Shown here: positions 9,053 to 19,306 of the stretch, in pieces | Layout of the letters: each line of letters opens with the position of its first letter | Numbering within the stretch: position 1 is the first letter of the stretch | NCBI GenBank assembly: GCA_024626585.2 | Contig: JANKJI020000002.1 | Location: 19,105,625 to 19,124,930 of the forward strand | Origin: Ginkgo biloba | Taxonomy: Eukaryota; Plantae; Ginkgophyta | DNA length: 19,306 nucleotides | Direction: 5' to 3' | Position numbers and translations under genes: made by a program | Notes under the pieces: model-generated | What the model was told of the DNA's origin: nothing | The model's input: only the letters and a program-made list of their open reading frames with translations | The model's database searches: none

Positions 9053-10915
9053 ATGAAGTTGTCTTTTTTTTCATGGAATGCGAGAGGCTTCTTTATTCCA
9101 CAAAGAAGAGCATTGCTTAGATACTTCTTATTGTTGTTTGCTACAATGTCAAATTTCCTTGCTCTTTTGGAGGTCAAAGTGTAGGGGTTTATGCTTCAAA
9201 AATTAATTCAGAGTATATGGGGTTCTACTAATTATATAGTTATAAATCTCTAAGAGGGTAACAAGGTCACTATTCTATGCTTATCAAATTAGATGTACCC
9301 AAACAAAATAGACCAAGGAACAAATCTTAACAATTGCATGGTTTGGATAGCTTCTACTATCAATTCTAGTAAAAATGGAGTGATGAATGTATAGTTTCCT
9401 AACAATACTCAAGATATAATCTAGCTTTGGGAAAGGATGGGTGCTTCCCTTCCTAAATATTCTTGAGTGATGTTGGGTGACTTTAATATGGTTGAAAATT
9501 AGGAGGACAAAGTAGGAGGTATGTCCAATACTCTTTTAAAGATAGAATTAGCTACTTATGCAAGTTATAAAATTTCTCTTGGTCTAGTTGAATTAATATT
9601 AAGGAGGATATTTAATGTCAAATGGTTTACATGGTCTAATTAAAGGTAGGGTCAAATAGGCCATGGGCTAGATTTGATAGGTGTTGCTATAATGCAAATG
9701 GATAATTCAAGTTCCCATCTAACTCAATTGCCATTCACACAATTTTTCTTTTAGATCACTATCCCATTTCCTTTTCTCTTTTACAGTGTTTGTTGGGTCC
9801 TCCATAGTAGTCATTATTCAAACTAAATGTTATCCACTTGAATGATGAGGAGCATTATGAAGGAATTACAAAAATTTAGAATCTTGTTGCAAGGCCTATA
9901 GAGACTATAGGATGGTCAAAGTGGCAGGAAGAGGTAGTAGTTGATATAATTCAATGGTTGAGGGGCTATAAGAAAATGAAATCCAATAAGAGGAAGGCTC
10001 GAGGGAATTCCCTAAAACCAATGCTCTAAAGTATTCAAGTATAATTAAGACACAATCCCTTTGATGAATCTTTGTAGAAAATTGAAGCTAGGTGCATTAA
10101 GGTTCTTAGGGAGATTTAAAATTATAGTGAGAGTACAAGTGAGAGCTCAATTATATTGGATTAAAGAGGGTGACGAATATTCTAAATTTTTATTTGCATC
10201 CTTACATAAAAAGGAGGGGGAAATGCAAATTTGGGCCCTTAAAAATTGTTACAAGGTTAGGTGTGTGGATTTAGAGGAAATTCATGATAGTTTTGTGTGG
10301 TATTTTNNNNNNNNNNNNNNNNNNNNNNNNNNNNNNNNNNNNNNNNNNNNNNNNNNNNNNNNNNNGAGCAATGTGAAATAACTCTTAGTAATGCCATAGG
10401 GTAGTCCCAAGAAGAATTCTTGTAAAGAAAGATCCACTTTTTGACTTTTCCATTACCACATTAGAGATAAAAGTTGTGATCTATGATGTGGTAGAGGAAA
10501 AATCGCCTGATGGAGATAGGATCCTAGTAGATTTCTATAAGAAGTTTTGGGATATTATTAAGGAAGACTTGTTTACTCTTTCTATAGAAGTGGTGCACTT
10601 AGTTAAACTAGAAGCTTGTATTAATAATGAGATTATCAAACTCATTCCCAAGCAATGAGGTGATTTTGAATTAGTAGGAGGATGGCACTCAATTACTCTC
10701 TCAAATGTGTCTTATCAATTTTTAGCTAAGATCTTGGGATTATGTATTCACCATGCCTTGAGAGACATAATTAAAAGTGAACAATATGGATTTATTAAAG
10801 GTATTTTCATCCTAGATAATATCATGGTAGTTAGGGAGGGTATGGAAAGGGCCGAAGAATATGAATAACTAACCCTATTTCATAAGATATAATTTGAAAA
10901 GGTTTATGAAAAAGT
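9053..10915 (+). mobile_element. Degenerate L1-type LINE ORF2 (APE endonuclease plus N-terminal RT), interrupted at the 3' end by an LTR
   Basis: Frameshifted motifs SWNARG (9071), LGDFNMVE, WFTWSN, ARFDR, DHYPI, WIKEGDEYSKF, KSPDGD..DFYKKFWDII, IKLIPK, ITLSNVSY, EQYGFIKG..ILDNI, FEKVYEKV. Confidence 0.9.
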
Positions 10916-11671
10916 GCATGCAGAGAACCTTGGTTTTAACATCTAATAATGAACACAGAATCAACAAACTTAAGAACTCATATTATAAAATATGGAACCA
11001 ATGGATTATATCCACATCGAAGGTGGAACCTCCTAGGTATAAAAGTATGATAATAACAATAAGCATTCCTCCTACAATCTCACAAGAAGAATATATAAAA
11101 GAAAGATGCCCTATATGTGTGACACATGTCATTCATGCAAAATGTTTATAAATATAAAAGAATGTAAGAAAGAGGTAGGTGAGAGANNNNNNNNNNNNNN
11201 NNNNNNNNNNNNNNNNNNNNNNNNNNNNNNNNNNNNNNNNNNNNNNNNNNNNNNNNNNNNNNNNNNNNNNNNNNNNNNNNNNNNNNTTCAATTATTTTTG
11301 TTTATTTTTATTCTCTAAAATCAGGTTGGTGTCGATCTTGCCTTGCCTGACGATGTTGGTCCATCATACAATTTCACCAACAGTGTTGGCCTTTGCTTCT
11401 CCTATCCCTGACAATCTCAATAAACATATCTCACGTTATTCATCCTTTATCATCCCACTGATGATGTTGATAAGAACGACCCTTATCAGTGTCACTCTTT
11501 GATGATGTTAGTTTATAAAACTNNNNNNNNNNNNNNNNNNNNNNNTCTTCACAAAATACTACTAGTCATTCATATATATATATATATATATATTCTACTT
11601 AAAAATTACTCTGCCATCCTATGCCAAAATTATGCATGTTGTCGAGGTGCTATCGTGATGCTTCTATATCA
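10916..11671 (-). mobile_element. Probable 3' LTR (~755 bp) of the chromoviral gypsy element
   Basis: On minus, the purine tract AAGAATAGGAGGA directly precedes TGATATAGA (11671). The far end TCTCTGCATGCA (~10915-10926) is an imperfect inverse and coincides with the end of LINE homology. Contains (AT)n at 11572-11592. Confidence 0.6.
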
Positions 11672-13438
11672 TCCTCCTATTCTTATAAAAAAATGTAGGT
11701 CCTCTTGTAAACACTTATCTTCAAATCTTTTCCATTTCATCTCATCTAAACCTTTAAGGTCATATTTAATGATCCATGTATTATCATCATAGGGTAAACC
11801 TTCCCACTTTAATAGATACTTATTATAGTTTCCCCTTCTAGTTCTCATAGTCTTCTTATCTAACACTACTTCTATTTGCTCTTTCTCCTTTCTAGGCACC
11901 TCTCTTTGCCAATAAACCATAACCATTTACTCAGGTCTATCATCCCCATGATATTAATACAAATCAATAATGTTGAAAATGGACAAAATATCATATTCTA
12001 TCGATAGATCTATGTGGTAAGCATTCTCATTGATTTTCTTGATTATCCGACATGGTCCAATCCTATTATATTTTAACTTATTGTAGGTTTATGTCGGGAA
12101 TCTATCATTTCTTAGGAACACCATGACCATATCTCCGACTTTAAATTCTCTGTGTCGGCGATGCTGATCAACTATCGCTTTATATTTGCCATTGCTCTTT
12201 GCCAACAACTACCTCACTTCCTCATGGATTTATTTTAGGTGCTTCACCAATGCCTCAACATCATCATTGATCCATTCTTCACTTTAAGTCTCGACCAAGT
12301 TTACCACTTTCTTTGGCAACCTCCCATAGACAATATGAAAGGGTGTCAACTTAGTCAGTCAATTCATTAAGTTTTTAGAAGCAAACTCACCTTATGCCAA
12401 TACTATGTCCCACTTCTTAGGTTTATCTCCTACCAAGCTTGTTAACAAATTTCTCAATGACCAATTTATGACTTCAATCTATCTGTTGGTCTTTGGGTGA
12501 TATGAATTATTGTATTACAATCTATTTTCTAGCTTCCTCCAAATTATTTTCCAAAATTGGATTGAACATTTACTATCCCTATTACAAGTGATACTCTTTA
12601 TCAACGCATGGAACCTTACCACCTCTCAAAAAATATGTTGGTCATCTTACTAGAATCATTTGTCTTGGAACATGGAATGAAATGTGCCATCTTTAAAAAT
12701 TGATCCACCATGACAAATACTAAATCATTTCCCTTCTATATGCATGGCAATCCCAACAAAAAATCCATGGTGACATTATCCCAAGGTCCCTCTGGTACTA
12801 GTAATAGTTTTTATAGTCTAACATTTTGTGATTATCCCTTCAATAACTAACGCATCTGACATCCTTCCACAAATCAACTCACTTTATTTCTTACTTCTGG
12901 ACAAAAATATTGTCCTTCCATCAATGACAGAATTTTGTCTCTGCCAAAATTATCTCTCAAATCACCACTATGCAGTTCAAGGATAATTTTCTCTCTCATG
13001 GAACTCTTTAGTATTCATAATTGTCATCCCTTAAATAGATATCCATCTTGTAAGAAATTATCTCTATAGAGTTGTTGGATTTCTCAAATACTTCATCACT
13101 TGTTAAAAATTCTTGTTGGTGTCATAAATATCCTTCACCAACTCAAACCTTATGACTTCATTTGTCATTATTACTAACATTGTTGTTCTTTGACTCAATG
13201 CATCCGCCACTTAATTTATGCTTTAACATAAAGGAATATGATTGTAGGAACTCTACCTACTTCGCATGTCATGCGTTCAACTTACCTTGGGAATTAAGAT
13301 ACTTTAGTGTTTAATGGTTAATGTACAACACAAACTCCTTGGGTAATAGATAATGTCATCAGTACTTTAATGCTTGTACTACTGCATAGAACTCCAAATC
13401 ATATACAAAATACTTCCATCGACTATTGTTCAACTTAT
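11669..13438 (-). mobile_element. Degenerate Ty3/gypsy chromovirus pol 3' half: RNase H, integrase, chromodomain (CRM-like)
   Basis: YDLEFYAVVQALK..HYLLPKEFVLY..LKYLNSQGKLN (RNase H); LHSGDL..FGRDK (integrase Zn-finger region); integrase core; IEVVLDK..KYLLKWEGLPYDDNTW (chromodomain). Many stops and frameshifts. Confidence 0.9.
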
Positions 13439-13539
13439 NNNNNNNNNNNNNNNNNNNNNNNNNNNNNNNNNNNNNNNNNNNNNNNNNNNNNNNNNNNNNN
13501 NNNNNNNNNNNNNNNNNNNNNNNNNNNNNNNNNNNNNNA

Positions 13540-15021
13540 GCTTACTCCACTATGAACTCTTGATTCAAATATGGAGTTATATTAGATGACACTATCTAAA
13601 ATAAAAAAATTATCCAAATTTTATACAATAAAATCCTTTCTAAATATTTGGATCTTCCTAGTGTACCAACCTTATTTTGATCTAATATCTATTATCTTCA
13701 ATGAGCCTATAATAGATTTGAATTCTCTAACTATGGCTTCCATTATCTAGGAACCTCATATATTTTTTTAGCACTAAGATACTAAGTTAAAATTTCCCCA
13801 TATTATTAAATATTTGTGCTTTCCTCCCTCCTCTAAAAGTGAGGATTGAAAACTTACCTTATCAATGAGATTAACTAGGCCATAAAAATTAATTATGTTG
13901 AGAAAAATTAAAGAATGATGAATTTTGAATGTGGTTCTCAACTGATATTCACTTTCCCTCCATTCCAATAACTCTAATTTATGTGGGTTCCACATTATGA
14001 CTAGACCACTAGACTATATTTTAGCATCTATATGTTTAAATTTACACTTTGGCCACACAAACTTGCATGTTTTCCCTAATGTTTTATCATTGATTTTTGT
14101 CCCTTATAAGAGAAACACTACTACCTTATCATCCTTGATCTTCCTTTTGATATATATTTTACTTAAAGAAGACCCTAAACCCCTTTTATTCTATGAAACT
14201 ATCTTCGTAATGAGGGTAGTTTTTTCTGAGANNNNNNNNNNNNNNNNNNNNNNNNNNNNNNNNNGTCTTCCTGATTTCACTTCATCTTGTAACTTAGTTT
14301 GAATTGTGACCACCATTGTGGTTCTTCCTTTTAGTTTTTTGGAAGAGCCTATATTGATCTTAGGTTGGGTAACCAACTGATTTATGTGAGGAGGAGAAGT
14401 TGAACCTTTTAATAGGTCACATTATAGTAACAATACCTCCTTCTTCGAGTGGATTCCCTTCTATTGATAAAATGGGGATTCAAAAATTCTTCCCCTCCTT
14501 CTTTGGCTATAAGCAATTTTTCTCCTTCTTCAAAGGTACTTTTGGTTGATTTCCTTATGTCTTGGGGCTCTTTTTGAATTACAACTTTTAACTTCTTTAT
14601 TTATTTAGGGTATAACTCCAACTTCCCTAAGGCTTTTGAATTTTGGGCCTTACCCTTTTGAGTAACAAGGCAAAATCCTTCTTCCTTGTTTGTCTCCTGT
14701 GACCTCTTATAATAATTTCTACCAGAATAACCATATTCGTGGCAATGGATACATTTGAGTGGAATTTTATTATAGTCAAGGATTTGAACAATAGTGGATT
14801 CTAATAGCTTAAATTTGATTACTTCTAGAAATCCTTTTTTGACATCCACTTCCACACATATTTTTACAAAATTTAAAATGACACGTATTTCTTTTGTGTG
14901 ATCTGAAAACTTAACAAAGTGGCCCAATTTATTTCCAATTCCTCCCAATATCTTACTATCCCAAAACTCTATTAAGAGAAAGGGAAGTTTAACCTAGACT
15001 AGGATTATCGAGGATGATTCA
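13540..15021 (-). mobile_element. Second degenerate L1-type LINE: ORF1 (DUF4283/zinc-knuckle type) plus ORF2 endonuclease
   Basis: ORF1-like IGNKLGHFV..KICVEVDVKK..DYNKIPLKCIHCHEYG (14601-14948). ORF2 start KIVS*NKRGLG at ~14208, then WNPHK, INFYG, WGNFN. Confidence 0.85.
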
Positions 15022-17199
15022 NNNNNNNNNNNNNNNNNNNNNNNNNNNNNNNNNNNNNNNNNNNNNNNNNNNNNNNNNNNNNNNNNNNNNNNNNNNNNNN
15101 NNNNNNNNNNNNNNNNNNNNNAAGTTCAATATTAAACAATGAGCATACCTCATTTCATTAATGCCTCTTCTTAGATAATATTAATTCAATATGACATGGT
15201 GATCTGATGTAAGCTACAAAGCCAAAAAAACTATTAGTCAAAGGAAAATTATACTTCCTTTAAGTGTAAAAAATTCCTTTTTACTATTAATTCTACATGT
15301 ACCTGAAATATTGCACAGACATAGTTTATCTTCAAATTTAGAACTAATCAAACATGAAAGTAGTTGATCTTCAACTGCTCAAATATGGGATAATTCTATA
15401 AATTTAACATGCAAATTTCTCAAAGAATTGGTCAAGAGAACCCCAATTCTCATAAACATGGGTAAATTCTATGATAGCTTAAAAGAAATGGGATGGTGGA
15501 GATATTTTGGTCTATAAAATTCTATGTCACGAATACCTATACAAAGAGAGTTTCCAGATGTAAAATGTTCATGGCATTATAATCATTTGTATTATTGGGA
15601 TAATTTTGTGATTTCAGGGTGAAAAAATTAGAGTTGCATTTACTTATTCATGTGTAAGTGTAAGAAAATAGTTATTGTATGGGAACGAATGAGTGAATTG
15701 GCAGTGTTNNNNNNNNNNNNNNNNNNNNNNNNNNNNNNNNNNNNNNNNNNNNNNTACACTTCCATAAAATCAACTAAACACAAATACAAATCCAATTAGT
15801 TCAATGTAGACATTAATTGACCATCTGCTATTGAAAACTTACATAGAAACACAATGCTATCATATCATATAATTTTTTTGTTTCCCACTAAATTGAAATT
15901 GAAGGTCTTGGACATTCTTCATGTCGTCGACAATGAAAAGGTGGGTTGTGTCCCTACTGCTATGAAGGTAATCAAAGAAGTTTTAGATGGGAATCAGTTT
16001 CATATGGAAATAACTTGGAANNNNNNNNNNNNNNNNNNNNNNNNNNNNNNNNNNNNNCCTAAAGCCATTTTCACTGTCTTGGAGAACAACATTACATTTC
16101 AAATTTTTAAAAGAACTCAAGTACCCTGGATTTTTAACTCAGAAATAAGAGAAGCTCAAAAAATGTCTCAAACTTGCTCACATAGGAGAAACAACAAAAA
16201 ATATTTAAAAAAAATATCTCCTTAGTAAAAAATAGAGAATAATCTTAGAAAATGAAGAAGAGCTTAAAAAGTTCATGAAATGTCCTTTGGTAAAAATATT
16301 CTACATCTTTTAGCACCATAGGCAACACTGAATTAAACATGTAAATCTATAATTAAAATATTTAATCTTATATATTTAAATCTCTCAAGATGAGAATCAT
16401 ATTTGTAACATCATTCATGTAATATTGTACAAAATATTCCAAAGAGTGTTATATTGGAGAGAAAGGTAAGGTTTTCAATTGAATCAATTCCAAATATAAA
16501 TAGACCACATAATTTGTCAATTAGTTGCATCTTGAATATGAATTTGAATTTTTCTAGAAGATGATCTCTCACCAGTTACTTAATCCAACACAAAAATTTC
16601 AGAATAATGCTGAGAAGAAGTAAACATCAGAGGTGAAATAATCTAAATCTCTACATACACAGNNNNNNNNNNNNNNNNNNNNNNNNNNNNNNNNNNNNNN
16701 NNNNNNNNNNNNNNNNNNNNNNNNNNNNNNNNNNNNNNNNNNNNNNNNNNNNNNNNNNNNNNAAAAGATTAATGCTAAAGAGAGCCTGGAACTAAAAAAA
16801 GTAGAACTGGCTAACAATGATAAGTATTAAACAACCAACATTATTACAAGAAAGAAGCTTACAAGAAGGATTTACATGTCCACATGTAAACCTTCCAAGA
16901 GTGTAGACAAAGTTCCTAGAGGTCAAGGGTAGTAACTGAGAGCCTTCAAGAAGGAATAACAACAAAAGGAAAGATCAAGATTAATGTGATGCCAGATATT
17001 TTGGATTCTTAGCATCCCAATAGGGAAAATTATCNNNNNNNNNNNNTTTGTAGCTTCAATTTGAATTCCTCCTTATCAATACTATAATTTTTTATTAAAA
17101 ACAAAATTATGGTTCATAATAGCCAGTCAAGTGGTTCTTCAAATGAAAAAAATAGACCAAAACTTTAGAAAGCTATGTCAAGATGATACCCATGTGTGA

Positions 17200-19306
17200 T
17201 GTGGGACCACTATGGAGTCATATTACATTCACAGAACTAGGACATACTCACAAAATTATTCAATAACCTTGGTGGGATTATGAATAAATCCCAAGAATAG
17301 ATAGATAATGAGAGGAACCAGAGAGATGCTTTGACTAAGAAGGCGATGAAACCATGGGCTAGGAAATAATAACACCCAAAGAATGATCTCCCTAGTAGGA
17401 CCAGGGAATAACTTCGTAACCAAAGATACATTATCCCTAGTAGGACCAGGGAACTCTTCACAGTCGATAACCATTTGATGAGAATCAAGGGAGTGATATC
17501 CCTAGTGGACCCAAGAAGCAATGCATGGACGCATGAATCTAAATCGTGAGATCGTGAAGGATTTATAATTATGAGAATAGGAAGTAGTAAAAATTAGGGA
17601 GGCAACATCACTACTTGGGAATGATTCCACAGGTGGGACCAGGGAATGATGCAATGAACTAGGGATAGTTATCCTTCACAAAAATTCTAAATATTCTAGT
17701 CTTGGGTCAAAATGATTATTCCAGGTGAGTAAGGGATGAAATAATCAAGAACCACTTTCATTTATGAAACTTCCCAAGTATGAATTTGCAGTTGCAAAAA
17801 AATTATGTTCTGAGGTTATATGAAAGATGCATCCAATTGAGCATACGCGTATGATCCTTCTTTAGATATTTGGACTTTGCTCTCAATTCCTTNNNNNNNN
17901 NNNNNNNNNNNNNNNNNNNNNNNNNNNNNNNNNNNNNNNNNNNNNNNNNNNNNNNNNNNNNNNNNNNNNNNNNNNNNNNNNNNNNNNNNNNNTATTAATC
18001 AGAACTATTATCTCATTAGTCCACTCCCTTCCTAGAATTATACTATATACTGGGGGCATATCTACCATTATCTCTATGATAGTTGTCGCTATCCTAGGGT
18101 CATAAACCACGTTAACCATCAAATTCTCAATTTCTCCTATAGTGGCTATGGACCTATAGTTCATATCTCAAACCATCTAATTAGTCTGCATGCATTACAA
18201 TCCTAGAGACTTCATCACCATATACGACATTATATTGTGTGCGGATCTATTATCAACATTGTAGTTATGAAAGACAAAGTCATTTATATTTAGATAAATA
18301 TAAAGGGGAGGACTCTTTTCTCATAAATTAAGGATTGCAACTTATGAAGAATCTCCTTCAACCATGGCATTGATTTGTTTCTCACCTACATGCAAAAAAT
18401 TCATCATCCATTATTTATACTTAGGTAATCTCATTGCTTAATACAAACTCATACCAATTGAGTACCTTTGTATATATTTTAGAATACTATAGTATTGGAG
18501 AGATAGAGATTTATTATTGGGAAGATGTTCCCTTTGAGTAAGAGAAGGATTGGGGATTTGAGTCATTCTTGGAGAGTCATTACTATTGGGTGCAAGATAC
18601 TTTTGTGTGGAATTATTAGACAAGATTAAGTGGTTAAGGTCATTAGAGGCTCGAGTTAAAATATTCTTACCTTTATCTTTCGCACCTTAGGACTTGGTCT
18701 ACACTACTAGATATACCTCATGGGGATTGAGATATTCCTCTCCATATCTTAACATATTTACATCTGTATAAAATTCTTCAGTACTTGATCCTTGTTCCAC
18801 CAAATCTTTATAGATAATATATTGCTCATTAATATCTAGATCATCATAATCTTCGTAAGATATTTGATGGTTAGAAATAGTTAGCTCCTCTTTAGGTTGT
18901 GATATAGGTTGTTATTTAGGTTGCTGCATAAAAAGGTGACCTTTTTTCTATTATTCTCCTTCATTTATTTCTTTAAGGAGATAATGTCATTGCTCATTCT
19001 TCTCAGCAATGCTTAAGTCTGAGGATTTATCACAGCTACAACAAGACCACTCTCTTTTTTAGGCATGATGAATTTAAAGGGCCTTACCTTACCCACCTTG
19101 ATCAATCTTTCCTTAATGGCCACGATCATCATTTAAGAACATCTAGATCAATATGAATCTTATATTTTATGAAATATCTCATGTTTGGGTCTAGTCCTTC
19201 CAAGAACCATTCCATCTGGACCTCTACAAGTGGTCTCGAATGCCACTAAATATAATTTAGAATTCTATCATATCTTGACACATAGTATTTTACACTCTCT
19301 TTATTT
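17200..19306 (-). mobile_element. Degenerate Ty3/gypsy (Tat/Athila-like) gag-protease region, running off the window
   Basis: Retropepsin FYLNIN..HNYNVDNRSAHNIMSYMVMKSLGL...IGEIENLMV..VDMPPVYSIILGREW (~17993-18310), with the catalytic D-S-G decayed to DNR. Gag-like WFLEGLDPN...RMSNDIISLK near 18970-19215. The left boundary is approximate. Confidence 0.75.
17386..17737. repeat. Dispersed repeat CCCTAGTAGGACCAGGGAA (FPGPTR peptide on minus)
   Basis: Exact 19-mer at 17390 and 17435; degenerate copies at ~17500, ~17627 and ~17720. Confidence 0.75.

Noticed and set aside
11506-11671. Short 166-bp LTR ending in AACTAACA
   Set aside because: The longer boundary at ~10916 better matches the terminal inverted sequence and the LINE breakpoint.
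10894-11792. Plus-strand ORFs of 70-107 aa
   Set aside because: They lie within the LTR, microsatellite and N-runs, and have no domain signal.
15147-16020. Minus-strand MULE/SWIM transposase exons (FIVDD; splice-like sites at ~15147 and ~15302)
   Set aside because: Too many stops and only a 5-residue resemblance; not supportable without a search.
17386-17517. CRISPR-like repeat-spacer array
   Set aside because: Only two exact 19-bp copies, irregular spacing, plant retrotransposon context and no cas genes.

Overview
Eukaryotic land-plant DNA (gymnosperm-like by my reading of the TE families; this is inference) with many N-runs. Bases 1-4.1 kb hold one spliced host gene on + (ATG 402, stop 4136). 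It encodes a ~1000-aa, mostly disordered, acidic, membrane-anchored protein of an uncharacterised plant family, which I recognise from memory as At1g16630/At2g16270-like. Its CpG-rich promoter carries five AACGG MSA cores, one a perfect match, plus CHR-like hexamers. The protein has a KEN box, many CDK sites and a microtubule-binding-like motif, so it is probably a G2/M-specific membrane-tethered mitotic factor. The coding frame shifts across an N-run at 1225-1255, which a 77-nt GT-AG intron could resolve. The remaining ~15 kb is decayed transposon sequence: short tandem duplications, a solo LTR with TSD, a non-autonomous Helitron, an array of ~10 fixed-geometry palindromes (CACTTGCA-N7-TGCAAGTG), two degenerate L1 LINEs, a chromoviral Ty3/gypsy 3' half and a Tat/Athila-like gypsy gag-protease remnant. 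No RNA genes or CRISPR arrays were seen.
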